Below, piece by piece: positions 29,901-40,435 of a DNA stretch of 64,000 bases (within the stretch, counting starts at the first letter, position 1; the number at the start of each line of letters is the position of its first letter). A model generated the notes under the pieces. That model saw only the letters and a list, made by a program, of their open reading frames with translations, did not search any database and was not told the origin of the DNA. The position numbers and the translations under genes are program-made. The stretch is from Aulosira sp. ZfuVER01 (GTDB lineage: Bacteria > Cyanobacteriota > Cyanobacteriia > Cyanobacteriales > Nostocaceae), in the NCBI GenBank assembly GCA_034530615.2, contig JAVRCV020000024.1, positions 1-64,000 on the forward strand, written 5' to 3'.

Positions 29901-32885
29901 ATGACTCAGTCTTCTCCGCAAAAGCAAGATGGCAAAAGAAAAATTAATCAGTTACAGGGTAGTCAGCAAGACATAAGTAAATCTACGATAGATAGTTCAA
30001 AGCGCCCAACAATCATTCAAATTTCTCATCGTCAGCAACAGGGACGGCAAGATTGGAGTTTAAAAGCAAAAGCAACAGTTTGGTCTTGTGCCATTAGTAT
30101 GCTCCCCATACTAGCAATTGGGTGTACAACTTATTACATCGGCAACCAGCTAATTAGCGAACAGATTCCCCAAGCAAAACAAGTAAGCGCTAAAGATTTA
30201 ACAGAAACTAAACTAGCCTTACAAAAACAGCTATCGCTGTTGTTAATCGGAACAGGGGGAATGACTTTACTGGTGGGTGCGATCGCCGCAATTTTAGCTA
30301 ATCGTACTATTCGTCCACTCTTAAATGCAGTTGCACTCTCTAACAATATTGTACAGAGGCTACTGCCGGAGAAGAAGAGTAATCGCGCGGCGATCGCCAG
30401 TAAAAATGAACTGGTTATTCTAGAGAAAAACATCAGCTTAATTAAAAAACAGCTTCCAGATTTACTTTGGAAACAAGAAGGTGAAGCTGAACGAGTCGAA
30501 GTGTTGATGAACATTACCCACCGCATTCAGGAATCCCTGAGTAAAGAAGATGTTCTTAAAACTACCGTCGAAGAAGTCCGCACAGCCTTAAACACTGACC
30601 GCGTCACTATTTTCCGTTTCAATCCCAATGGCGAAGGTACCTTTGTCGCAGAATCAGTAGCATCCGGTTTACCAAAAACTTTGTGGGCTACAGTAAAAGA
30701 CCCTTGTTTTGAAGAAGGGTATGTTGATAAATACCAAGATGGCCGCATCGTTGCTATTGATGACATCTATGAAGCAGATCTTACTGATTGTCATATTGGC
30801 TTGTTAGAGCGATTTGCTGTCAAAGCAAATTTAATTGCACCAATTCTCAAAAAAGATCAACTATTCGGTTTATTAATTGCCCATGAGTGCGCTAAACCCC
30901 GCTTTTGGCAGCAATCTGAGATTGATTTGTTCGCTCAGATCGCTACACAAGTAGGATTTACTCTCAACTACACAAGCTTGCTGGAACAGGTAAATACGAA
31001 AGCCGATCAAACTCAGGTATTTGTAGATATTACTCGTCGCATTCGAGAGTCACTTAATGAAGAGGATGTTCTCAAAGCTACTGTTGAAGAAATCCGCAAA
31101 GCAATTAGCGCTGACCGAGTGATGGTTTATGGCTTTGACTCTGACTGGTACGGAACTGTAATTGCAGAATCAGTGCTTCCCGGTTTTCCTAAAGCGTTGC
31201 GAGCCAAAATCAAAGACCCTTGTTTTGCCGAAGGCTATGTAGAAAAGTACCAAGCTGGACGAGTGCAAGCTACCAGTAATATCTATGAAGCAGATTTGAC
31301 TGAGTGTCACATTAAGCAACTCGAACCTTTTGCTGTCAAAGCCAATTTGGTCGCGCCAATTCTCAAAGACGACCAACTCTTTGGCTTATTAATTGCACAT
31401 CAATGTTCTAATCCCCGTGATTGGCAACAATATGAGATTGACTTGTTCGCGCAACTTGCCATGCAAGTGGGATTTGCTCTCGACCATGCAAGGCTGCTTC
31501 AGCGAATTGATGCTGAAGGTGTGCGAACTCATCTGTTGGCAGACTTGACGCGCCGCATTCGGGAATCGCTCAACGAAGAGGATGTTCTTAAAACCACAGT
31601 TGAAGCAGTTCGCAAAGCAATTAGTACTGACCGAGTGATAGTGTATGGTTTCGATCCCAACTGGTATGGCATCGTGATTGCAGAATCAGTGCTTCCCGGT
31701 TTTCCCAAAGCATTACAAGCGAAAATCAAAGACCCTTGCTTTGTACAGGGTTTTGTACAAAAGTACCAAGCTGGGCGAGTGCAAGCTACCAGTAATATCT
31801 ATGAAGCAGGTTTGACTGAGTGTCACATTAACCAACTCGAACCTTTTGCTGTCAAAGCTAATTTGGTCGCGCCAATTCTCAAAGACGACCAACTCTTTGG
31901 CTTATTAATTGCACATCAATGTTCTGGCCCCCGTGATTGGCAGCAGTCTGAGATTGATTTGTTTGCTCAAGTTGCCATGCAAGTAGGGTTTGCTCTCGAT
32001 CATGCAAGACTTCTTAGCAAGGTAGAACAAGCATACCAAGCTACGGAGGCGACCTCTGTGCAGCAGCGTCAAAAGCAAGAACAACTTCAGTTGCAAGTCT
32101 CAGAACTGCTCAAAACTAGTAATACAGTTGTGCAAACCCTTTCCACAGAGGTTGCTCTTCAGCAGATGCAATCTATTAATTCCATCTACAATCAAATTCA
32201 AATGTTGGGTGATTCTGCTCAAGAAATGATTCTCTCTGCCCAACAAATAGAAATTCAAGAACAGCAGCTTAGTCAAAAGGTACAAGACGAAAATGAGTCA
32301 ATGAACCAAATTTTCAATAGCATCTGTGCTATCAAATCAACAGTTGTAGAAGCTGCCGAAAAAGTCAACCGTATAGAGCAACCTTCTCAAAAGCTCTCTG
32401 AGATAATCAGTCTCATGAGTAATGTTGTCTCACAGATGAAGCTCCAAGCTATGCACACAGCACTTGAAGCATCTCGTGCTGGAGAAGGTGGTCAACAATT
32501 TGCCGCGATCGCACAAAAAGTGCTTTCTTTAGTACAACAGTTAGACTCTGATATTGCAGAAGTTCAACCACTCGTTGCAGAAATTCAAACAGGAAGTCAT
32601 GAAATTATTGCTACTATTCAGTCCAAAGCAGAATCGGCAATAAGCAGTACTGAATTGATAGAAGAAACTCAACAGAGACTCAATGAAGCGATCGCTGTCA
32701 GCAACCAAATGAAAACATTAGTGGCAAGTATTGCTCAAGCTGCTGCCCTCCAAGCCCAAACTTCTACCTCTGCAAACCAATCTATTTTGGAAGTCGCTAC
32801 TATTGCCAATCAGACTTCAGAGCAAGCTTTAGCAATGGCAGAGTCTTTAGCTCAGTTGGCGAGATTTGCAGAAGAATTTTCATAA
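29901..32885 (+). CDS. Cyanobacteriochrome methyl-accepting photoreceptor (PixJ-like) with three DXCF GAF domains
   Basis: Two TM helices, three GAFs each with DPCF and CH cysteines, and a divergent MCP tip ALEASRAGEGG. Confidence 0.88.
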   Translation: MTQSSPQKQDGKRKINQLQGSQQDISKSTIDSSKRPTIIQISHRQQQGRQDWSLKAKATVWSCAISMLPILAIGCTTYYIGNQLISEQIPQAKQVSAKDLTETKLALQKQLSLLLIGTGGMTLLVGAIAAILANRTIRPLLNAVALSNNIVQRLLPEKKSNRAAIASKNELVILEKNISLIKKQLPDLLWKQEGEAERVEVLMNITHRIQESLSKEDVLKTTVEEVRTALNTDRVTIFRFNPNGEGTFVAESVASGLPKTLWATVKDPCFEEGYVDKYQDGRIVAIDDIYEADLTDCHIGLLERFAVKANLIAPILKKDQLFGLLIAHECAKPRFWQQSEIDLFAQIATQVGFTLNYTSLLEQVNTKADQTQVFVDITRRIRESLNEEDVLKATVEEIRKAISADRVMVYGFDSDWYGTVIAESVLPGFPKALRAKIKDPCFAEGYVEKYQAGRVQATSNIYEADLTECHIKQLEPFAVKANLVAPILKDDQLFGLLIAHQCSNPRDWQQYEIDLFAQLAMQVGFALDHARLLQRIDAEGVRTHLLADLTRRIRESLNEEDVLKTTVEAVRKAISTDRVIVYGFDPNWYGIVIAESVLPGFPKALQAKIKDPCFVQGFVQKYQAGRVQATSNIYEAGLTECHINQLEPFAVKANLVAPILKDDQLFGLLIAHQCSGPRDWQQSEIDLFAQVAMQVGFALDHARLLSKVEQAYQATEATSVQQRQKQEQLQLQVSELLKTSNTVVQTLSTEVALQQMQSINSIYNQIQMLGDSAQEMILSAQQIEIQEQQLSQKVQDENESMNQIFNSICAIKSTVVEAAEKVNRIEQPSQKLSEIISLMSNVVSQMKLQAMHTALEASRAGEGGQQFAAIAQKVLSLVQQLDSDIAEVQPLVAEIQTGSHEIIATIQSKAESAISSTELIEETQQRLNEAIAVSNQMKTLVASIAQAAALQAQTSTSANQSILEVATIANQTSEQALAMAESLAQLARFAEEFS

Positions 32886-33202
32886 AGGCAGAAGGCGGGA
32901 GGCAGAAGGGAACTCATGTTTTTAAACATGGGATGGAAACCAGGACGCTTTCTACGTCCCGGTATTATTCTTTCTTTTAAGTGAATAATTACCCCCTAAC
33001 TAAAGTTTTTATTAATACTTCTCTTCTTATGCCTTCTGCCCTCTGCCTTTTTTCTAAGACAATTTTCAGTATTGCTGATTGAAAGTATGAATTTGCCTCA
33101 CGTATTCGGCGCAGCCGTTTCCACAGGGTAGGCGCAAAGTTACAAAGAATTTTTTGAATTTTGAATTGTTAATCTCTCTTATTTAAATACAGGAACATAA
33201 CT

Positions 33203-34891
33203 ATGGTTCTTGACTTTGGTATACAAGAAAATATTGACCAATACTTTGTTCAAGAAGCCTCAGAACTTCTACAGCAAATTCACAACGGAATACTAGAGCT
33301 TCCATATAACTATACTGCTCCCAAGATTCGTCACCTGGTGCGAGCCGCCCAAACTATTAAAGGTTCAGCAACCCAGGCTAATTTAACTGACATCCAAACT
33401 CTAGCCCATCGTTTGGAGAAAATTTTTCGGTTTCTGTCGCTGGAAAATACTCAAATTGACTCTCAGCTAACAGCTTTGCTTCTACAAGCTAATGATTATC
33501 TAAGGTTACTTTTAATAGCTCAAATTCAAGTAAAACCTGATGATACAGCTAGTATTTTAGCTAAAGCAGAACCAGTTTTTGCGCATCTGGAAGCTAGATT
33601 CAGCCATAAACTACCAGCAGTAGCTGTTCCTCTACAACCCTCTCATATAGATGTATCTCAGTTGATTCGGACTACAGAGGTGACTCAGGCTTTAGAAAAG
33701 CTAGAAATGATTCTGGCTGAATCGGAAGCCGATCGGTTAGCAGAGCAACTGATAAAACAGGCAGAAGTGTTTTTAGGCTTTGGTGAATTATTAAAACTCT
33801 CTGAGTTTGTGGCGATCGCTCAAATTACTATAACTACCCTGCAAAAAAGTCCACAAGCCGCTCAGACTGTTGGGCGGATCGCCTTGGTAGGCTGGCGTGC
33901 AGCTTACGAGGGTATTTTAAAAAAAGACGTTCATCGCTCGATTAATACTGTAAATAAAGATACCCGCAACATTGCACTGCCACGAAAACTTAAAACTTCT
34001 CAGTTATTTGTCTGGGTGACAAATGGCACTATTTTTACCATCAACTCCAACAGCGTTGAAGAAATTTTAGTTGCTAAAGCTGACCAAATTATTTATTCCC
34101 AACAACAGTGGTTTTTACATTGGCGGGGAAAAATTATTCCAACCTATCAACTTTCCCAATTACTCAGCTACGAAAATCTAGCGCCTGAGAAAACTGCCAA
34201 ACCAGCTGTGAACGCAGTTCAGTATCAGGATCATCAGCCTGAGCCAATATTAGTACTCAAGCAAGGTGAGCAAATTTTCGCCTTGCAGCCAGAAATTGAA
34301 TCTCTGATTGCAGAACCAGAGTTAGTCATCCAACCTTTGGAATCGGCAGCCAGACTTCCCAGTTATGTTTATGGTTGTACCACTTGGAAAGATAGTTTAC
34401 TGCCAATGATTGATGTGGCGGTGCTGTTGCAGCAGACAATTAACCAAACTCAAGCGGTTAACGTTACGGCGAAATTGCTGGATTCCCCAAACACAGCAAT
34501 TGTGAGCCAAGAACCTACTATTCTGGTCGTAGATGATTCTAATAGTGTGCGACATATTGTATCTCTGGCTTTGCAGAAAGTAGGTTACAAAGTTTTACAG
34601 GCAGAAGATGGGCAAGAAGCGATCGCACAGTTGCAACAAAATTCCCACGTTCAACTGGTAGTTTGTGATGTGGAAATGCCTAATATGAACGGCTTTGAAT
34701 TTCTTAGCTATCGTCTTAAAGAGCCACTGTTCGCAAAAATCCCTGTAGTTATGCTCAGTTCTTGCAGCACTAATAAGCACCGCCTGTTAGCAATGCAATT
34801 AGGAGCCACTACCTACTTTACAAAACCTTATGTTGAGCAAGAATTTTTGGCGGCGCTGAAGTTAATCGTTGAACAGAAAAGCTATCACTAA
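33203..34891 (+). CDS. CheA-derived Hpt-like/CheW/receiver protein without a HATPase domain
   Basis: YFVQEASELL..RAAQTIKG, CheW-like region (WRGKIIP, YVYGCT), receiver VDDS/CDVEMP/TKP. Confidence 0.8.
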   Translation: MVLDFGIQENIDQYFVQEASELLQQIHNGILELPYNYTAPKIRHLVRAAQTIKGSATQANLTDIQTLAHRLEKIFRFLSLENTQIDSQLTALLLQANDYLRLLLIAQIQVKPDDTASILAKAEPVFAHLEARFSHKLPAVAVPLQPSHIDVSQLIRTTEVTQALEKLEMILAESEADRLAEQLIKQAEVFLGFGELLKLSEFVAIAQITITTLQKSPQAAQTVGRIALVGWRAAYEGILKKDVHRSINTVNKDTRNIALPRKLKTSQLFVWVTNGTIFTINSNSVEEILVAKADQIIYSQQQWFLHWRGKIIPTYQLSQLLSYENLAPEKTAKPAVNAVQYQDHQPEPILVLKQGEQIFALQPEIESLIAEPELVIQPLESAARLPSYVYGCTTWKDSLLPMIDVAVLLQQTINQTQAVNVTAKLLDSPNTAIVSQEPTILVVDDSNSVRHIVSLALQKVGYKVLQAEDGQEAIAQLQQNSHVQLVVCDVEMPNMNGFEFLSYRLKEPLFAKIPVVMLSSCSTNKHRLLAMQLGATTYFTKPYVEQEFLAALKLIVEQKSYH

Positions 34892-34969
34892 ACTCATAGG
34901 AATAGAAGGAACCACAGATAAATCTCGGTGTTTATCTGTGTGCATCTGTGGTTTAATATCCAATGCAAT

Positions 34970-36079
34970 TTACGTCAAAACTAAATTATCTCGGTGAACT
35001 ACAGTTTCCGCGCCCCCATAACCCAAAATTTGGGGAATTTCTCGTGAATGACAGCCGCGAATCTTTTGCAGTTCTTCGCTGTTGTAGTTAACTAATCCTC
35101 TGGCAATTTCGTTACCAGTGCTATCGCACAATTGCACGGCTTCTTGAGTGTCAAACTCTCCTTCCACGGCTTTAATACCTGCTGCTAATAATGATTTTCC
35201 GGCTTGGGAAATGGCCGCGATCGCACCTGTATCTAAATACAATTTGCCAGCAGGTATCAAGCCGTAAGCTATCCAGCGTTTACGGGCGGAGGTTGGTTCT
35301 GGTTGCGGTTCAAAGTGCGTACCTATGGGTTCCCCAGCGATGATTTTTTCGATATTGCGGGGAAATCGCCCTTGGGTAATCACAGTACGCACGCCCGCCG
35401 CGATCGCAATTCTCGCCGCCGAAATTTTCGTCATCATCCCGCCAGTCCCCCATTGGGAACCTTGGGAGCCTGTTTGGATCTGTAATTCGGCTAATTCTTT
35501 AATGCTACTTACCAACGCTATCGGTTGAGCATCTGGAACGGAACGAGGATCGGCTGAGTACAATCTATCAACGTCAGTGAGCAAAAATAGCCAATCTGCT
35601 TCCACTAGACTGGCAACTAATGCAGAAAGAGTGTCATTATCGCCAAATTTTAGCTCATCTACCGCTACCGTATCGTTTTCATTAACTACCGGAATCACTC
35701 CCAGTCCCAGCAGTTCCCGAAAGGTGTTGTAAATGTTGAGATAGCGGCTGCGCTGCACCAAGTCGCTACGAGTTAACAAAACTTGCGCGATCGGCTGTTG
35801 CAGGGTGGTAAATAAATCATCGTAAACCCGCATTAATCGCCCTTGTCCAACGGCTGCTACTGCTTGTTTGAGAGCGATCGCTTTGGGACGTTCCGTTAAG
35901 CCCAAGCGCGCACAACCCACTCCCACGGCACCAGAGGACACCAAAATCACTCGATGACCTTGGCGTTTTAAATCAGAAAGTGTTTCGGCCAAAGTAGCAA
36001 TGGTGGAAAGTGCTAATTGTCCAGTTTCTGGTTGAGTCAGGCTAGAAGTGCCGATTTTGACGACGATGGTTTTAGGCAT
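34970..36079 (-). CDS. proB: Glutamate 5-kinase
   Basis: [33 protein letters not shown] domain. The start is probably MPKT at 36079; the upstream MPNAQCP is STRR sequence. Confidence 0.97.
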   Translation of the reverse strand: MPKTIVVKIGTSSLTQPETGQLALSTIATLAETLSDLKRQGHRVILVSSGAVGVGCARLGLTERPKAIALKQAVAAVGQGRLMRVYDDLFTTLQQPIAQVLLTRSDLVQRSRYLNIYNTFRELLGLGVIPVVNENDTVAVDELKFGDNDTLSALVASLVEADWLFLLTDVDRLYSADPRSVPDAQPIALVSSIKELAELQIQTGSQGSQWGTGGMMTKISAARIAIAAGVRTVITQGRFPRNIEKIIAGEPIGTHFEPQPEPTSARKRWIAYGLIPAGKLYLDTGAIAAISQAGKSLLAAGIKAVEGEFDTQEAVQLCDSTGNEIARGLVNYNSEELQKIRGCHSREIPQILGYGGAETVVHRDNLVLT

Positions 36080-36333
36080 GGGGCATTGGGCATTGGGCAT
36101 TGGTAACAGACTGTTAACAAATGACCAAGGAAAAATGACAAAGGACTATAAAAAATTGTAAAGCGCCAGGTCTCCTATAAGTGAAGACTGACGCTTTACG
36201 GTTTTATATGTGTTTGTTATGGGCTAGGGTCTTTTTTGGCTGACCCCATATTATTAATACTTATATTCCCAGATTTTTTTCATTGCGAAAGATTCCTTAA
36301 TTATTTTTTTAGATTTACTTTCCTGACTTCTTG

Positions 36334-36879
36334 TCAATCTTTGTGAATTTTTGTGTACTTCGGAGCGATTGAAGCTCCCAAAGCTTCTGATACCCAGACT
36401 TCAAAGTTTCTGATGGGGTGAGAGCGCAGAGCTACTTCTGGGTGAATTATGGGTTCAACCAAGATGGTAAACATTCCCAAACGATTACCTGCTAAGACAT
36501 CCGTAAACAAGCGATCGCCTACCATCCCTACTTGATGAACTGGTAAATTCATAGCTCTCAGTGCGGCTCTAATTTTGCGTCGTGAAGGTTTGGCTGCACC
36601 CAAGTAATAAGGTAGGTTAAGAGAACGAGCAATTCCCCCAATCCGCACTTCACTTAGGTTATTGCTCACTAACCAAAGTACAGTAGAGCTACGGATTTGC
36701 TCTACCCACTGTTGTAATTCTGCTGAAGCCGCCCCTACTCTCATCGGTACTAAGGTTTCATCTACATCCAACACCAATCCCTTCAATCCATATTGTCGGA
36801 TAATGTCTGGTGTCAGGTTTAAAACTGAACCTTCTAAAATCAAGTCAGGCTGCAAAAGGTTATTCCAGGTCATATTCAA
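36334..36879 (-). CDS. YqeG-family HAD IIIA phosphatase
   Basis: LDVDETL, VSNN, AAKP, VGDRLFTD. Confidence 0.92.
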   Translation of the reverse strand: MNMTWNNLLQPDLILEGSVLNLTPDIIRQYGLKGLVLDVDETLVPMRVGAASAELQQWVEQIRSSTVLWLVSNNLSEVRIGGIARSLNLPYYLGAAKPSRRKIRAALRAMNLPVHQVGMVGDRLFTDVLAGNRLGMFTILVEPIIHPEVALRSHPIRNFEVWVSEALGASIAPKYTKIHKD

Positions 36880-37381
36880 GAGTCAGGATTAGCCAATGTA
36901 TGTGGCACTTTACTTAAGACTAATAACTATTGCTGTTTTTTATGAATTTTGACAACAAATATTTAGTATTTTGTTGAATACGACAGAGTAGAATTTGTAC
37001 TAATGTTATCTTCCAAAAAATAGAAACACTTAATTTTTTTGAGATTTCACAAGTTCGGAATGAATTAAATTCATAATGACTCTGCGCCCTTCACGGTAAC
37101 TCAGCGTAACTTTGCAGTTAGAAAAGCTCCGAATCAATTAATGCAAAGCTGTACTTAAACAACACAAACCAGTTTGTGAATTAAAGCCTAAAGCAAATTG
37201 CTGTTTGACAACTAGCCTTACAGCAATAAACAAGAGATAAATTTTAGTCTTTTTTGTAAAGTGATAGTCAGCCAAAAATGCTTCTTGACCCTTGATACCA
37301 GATTTATCTTTTTGGCGATTATCATTAAATAATCTCATTCAAAATTAAAATGTTACATTTTTTAATTTTGAACTTTTAATA

Positions 37382-37954
37382 TTATTCAACTTCATTAAAA
37401 AGATGTTCTTCTAACAACGGTTGTACCTTGCGAAACTCTTCAGGAGAAAGTAGCTCAGGCTGGCCTGTTGTTGATATCCGGGCAAAAAACAGTAATGGAT
37501 CTAGGGGTGTGTAAATTGCATATTCCTGCTCTTCATCATAGAAACTAGCTAGTAGCTGTAATTGCTCTGGCTCTAAATCTGTCTCATCATCTTCGATTTC
37601 TAAGGTGAAGAGTTCAGATTCTTCTACAGGAGGTAATTCACCCGCAACTGTTAAAGCATAAGCAGTATTCTTTAAGATCAGATTCTGCTCAGATAAGACA
37701 GCTTGGGCAGTGCCAAAAATTTTTTCAATGGTGAAATCATCTTCTACTAGAACAGCCTCTTCTTCCTCGTCTTCACCTTGCCAAGCAAAAATTTCTACAG
37801 GTGAGTCAACAGGTAGAAGTAAAACATATTCTTGCCCATCTACTGAGAGAGAATGCTCAATATAACAGTCGAGAGTGCGCCCTTTATCATCTGTCAAACT
37901 GATGGAGCCAGCTTGAGCGTTATCATTTTCGTCGGGAAATTGAGAAGAAAACAT
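37382..37954 (-). CDS. DUF3727/DUF1292 acidic protein
   Basis: LLLPVDSP, TAYALTVAGEL, YTPLDP; probable start MFSS at 37954. Confidence 0.82.
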   Translation of the reverse strand: MFSSQFPDENDNAQAGSISLTDDKGRTLDCYIEHSLSVDGQEYVLLLPVDSPVEIFAWQGEDEEEEAVLVEDDFTIEKIFGTAQAVLSEQNLILKNTAYALTVAGELPPVEESELFTLEIEDDETDLEPEQLQLLASFYDEEQEYAIYTPLDPLLFFARISTTGQPELLSPEEFRKVQPLLEEHLFNEVE

Positions 37955-38099
37955 AGCCGAGGTGTGGGACTTTATAAATACCAACAAATTTGAAATTTGA
38001 AAATTGCACAACTATTTAATGACATGATGCCTAATAAATAGCTTGAGACATATATACAAATTCCAAGTAACAGTTTTCAGAATATCATGTTAAAAGGTA

Positions 38100-38549
38100 T
38101 CAATACTCAATAGCTACTGCCGAACTGTGAGATTGAGCGCGTCGGGCATCTAGCCATTGTTGCAAAATTAAGGCTGCTGCTTTGCGGTCAATCAAAGCTT
38201 TGTGGCGTGATGGAGCGCGATTCTCCGCTTTTAGCAGTTGCTCTGCTTGAAATGAAGTTAATCGCTCATCCATGTATTCCATAGGCAGATTTAGAGCTTT
38301 AGACAGTCTGGTAGCCAACTTCTGTACTTGACGCGCCTGGAATCCTAAAGTGCCATCCATTGAATAAGGTAAACCAATGACTAGCACTTGTACTTGGCGA
38401 GCCTGAACTATTTGCTTGAGTTGCTCAACATCTTGCGTAAATGATGTACGTTCAATCGTAGTGATACCTGTAGCTATTAAGCCTGTACCATCACAACCTG
38501 CTACGCCAATACGCTTGCGTCCTAAATCTAATCCTAATGCTGAAATCAA
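38100..38549 (-). CDS. ruvX: RuvX/YqgF pre-16S rRNA nuclease
   Basis: LGLDLGRKRIGVA, VIGLP, DERLTS, IDRKAAALILQ. Confidence 0.95.
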   Translation of the reverse strand: MISALGLDLGRKRIGVAGCDGTGLIATGITTIERTSFTQDVEQLKQIVQARQVQVLVIGLPYSMDGTLGFQARQVQKLATRLSKALNLPMEYMDERLTSFQAEQLLKAENRAPSRHKALIDRKAAALILQQWLDARRAQSHSSAVAIEY

Positions 38550-38577
38550 TGGCTTGGGTTGCTCCTAGAGTGTCACA

Positions 38578-39816
38578 CTACTTCTCTGGCTGTGCATCTG
38601 CTGACTCAGGCTGGCAAGATGCTTCTAAACTAGAGGGTTTACTGCCGAAAGCCGCAGGTTCTGATTTCGTGGGTATCGATCTATCTGGCGATCGCCCTTT
38701 TATTTGTTGGGTCCATGACATACCCCCTGGTATTGGTTTGCGTGCAGGTTGCAGCCCTTGTAAAACTTCCGGCCACTGAATTCCTTCTAGGGAGACAAAT
38801 TTAGACTCCCGTAACTTGTGCCAAACTGAGCGCGACATGATTAGGGTATGTTCTGTCCGTTTGGCTCCAATTCTTTCTAAATACTCTTCTCGCTCTGGCT
38901 GATAATCTGAGGAAGCTAGTTGCAATCCTTGCTGCGGAAAATCTTGGACAATGCGAGCTAATTGGGACAGCAACTCTGGATAAAGCCAAGTGTAGGCAGG
39001 GTGAACTGTCAGCGTTGCTACGTGGGGAGTAATACCCTTACGATCTAGTTGTACCTGAAAATGCCCAATAGCTGCTTTGCGTTGGGGTTCAAACACGTAG
39101 CCACTCACTACTTCGGTTTTTGTTACCCACTGTTTGACAGCATCGCTTAAGGCTCCAAACAAACTAGTTTTGAAGTCACGGGTGTTGCGATCGAACACCT
39201 GACGCACCAAAGGCGGCATAGATGCCGTATCTAATTGATATAGCAACTGAGCATCAGCATTGCTTATGGGCAGAAGGTTAGGCAAGTCTGGTTCTGCTTG
39301 CGCTAATTCAGTCAGCAATTCGGGTTTGATTTCCCAGTAGGTCATTTCTGCCAGACGCTGAAATCCATTTTGCCGATATAGTGCTAGCGCTTCTAAATCA
39401 TTGACATTTACTTCCAAGACCCAAGTACGCGCTTCTACAACTGATTCAAAGCAATGGCGTAAAAGTTGGGAACCAGTTACTTGCTTATCACTAGCACTGT
39501 CTAGCATCACCCGGTCAACCCGCCAAGTACTGCGCGTGCGGTTAAACGGAGACACTTGAATCATTCCTAAAAGCATCCGTCCTTGCTCTGCTACATAGGA
39601 ACAGAAAAGGTATTGTAATGGGTTAGGAAACCAACTCAAAAATTTTAAAAAGCCATACCAGCTTCGCAGCCATTGCATCTGGCGTGTGGCAAAACCTGCT
39701 CCTTTCGGGGTTTGGGCCGCGAATGACTCTTGAGTTAGGCGTTCAATACCGTCCAGATCCCGATATTGGACAGGTCGGATAATAACGCTGAGATTTCGAG
39801 GAAGTAATGAAGTCAT
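38578..39816 (-). CDS. GNAT family N-acetyltransferase
   Basis: IRPVQYRDL, GSQLL, LEVNVND..ALALYRQNGF. Confidence 0.88.
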   Translation of the reverse strand: MTSLLPRNLSVIIRPVQYRDLDGIERLTQESFAAQTPKGAGFATRQMQWLRSWYGFLKFLSWFPNPLQYLFCSYVAEQGRMLLGMIQVSPFNRTRSTWRVDRVMLDSASDKQVTGSQLLRHCFESVVEARTWVLEVNVNDLEALALYRQNGFQRLAEMTYWEIKPELLTELAQAEPDLPNLLPISNADAQLLYQLDTASMPPLVRQVFDRNTRDFKTSLFGALSDAVKQWVTKTEVVSGYVFEPQRKAAIGHFQVQLDRKGITPHVATLTVHPAYTWLYPELLSQLARIVQDFPQQGLQLASSDYQPEREEYLERIGAKRTEHTLIMSRSVWHKLRESKFVSLEGIQWPEVLQGLQPARKPIPGGMSWTQQIKGRSPDRSIPTKSEPAAFGSKPSSLEASCQPESADAQPEK

Positions 39817-40042
39817 TTTAATTTCGAGCCGCCATTAAGCCTTAATTAACTGCTCTTGCTGAGTAAGTGCTGCAATAATAATATTAGCGGCTTTCCGCCA
39901 CTTGCTAGTGATCCAAAAGAGTGATCTTGATAACTTAATACTGCAAATAAATAAAAAAAGCAGATTTGATGATAACACCGCTAGCATTAATCAACCATAT
40001 CTGCTTCTATTTTATGTGAAATTAATAAAAATATTGTGTAAT

Positions 40043-40246
40043 TTACAACCCTTGCCGAGATGCTAATTTTTCAAAGTGGGCTTGGGTTTGATGCAGTAAT
40101 TGCTCTCGGCTATCTTCTAGGTTTTGTTTCAGGGGTGGAACCAGATTGCGAGCTTGTAAAGTCATGTGTAGTTGTAGGTGGGCAACATACTCGCTGAAAT
40201 CTTCATTATTTACTACACTTGTGCCCGTTAAGAGATTTGATTCCAT
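40043..40246 (-). CDS. Small hypothetical protein (~67 aa)
   Basis: AGGAG RBS before MAMESN/MESN; amphipathic FSEYVAHLQLHMTLQARNL. Confidence 0.7.
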   Translation of the reverse strand: MESNLLTGTSVVNNEDFSEYVAHLQLHMTLQARNLVPPLKQNLEDSREQLLHQTQAHFEKLASRQGL

Positions 40247-40435
40247 TGCCACTGGTATTCTCCTTTGATTAGTCTTGTGCAGTTTTTGTGCATTACCAAA
40301 ACGTATCATGTGATTTTGCTTTACTTTTTATTTTGCAATGAAGTGTAATGGTTCTTAGTTTGGGCATTGAGCATGGGGCATGGGGGATTGGGCATTGGGC
40401 ATTTAGCATTCGTTTTCTTGTCCTCCTTGTCCGCC

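Noticed and set aside
37138..37338. 66-aa ORF between DUF3727 and yqeG
   Set aside because: No recognisable motif; AT-rich; cannot be supported as a gene.
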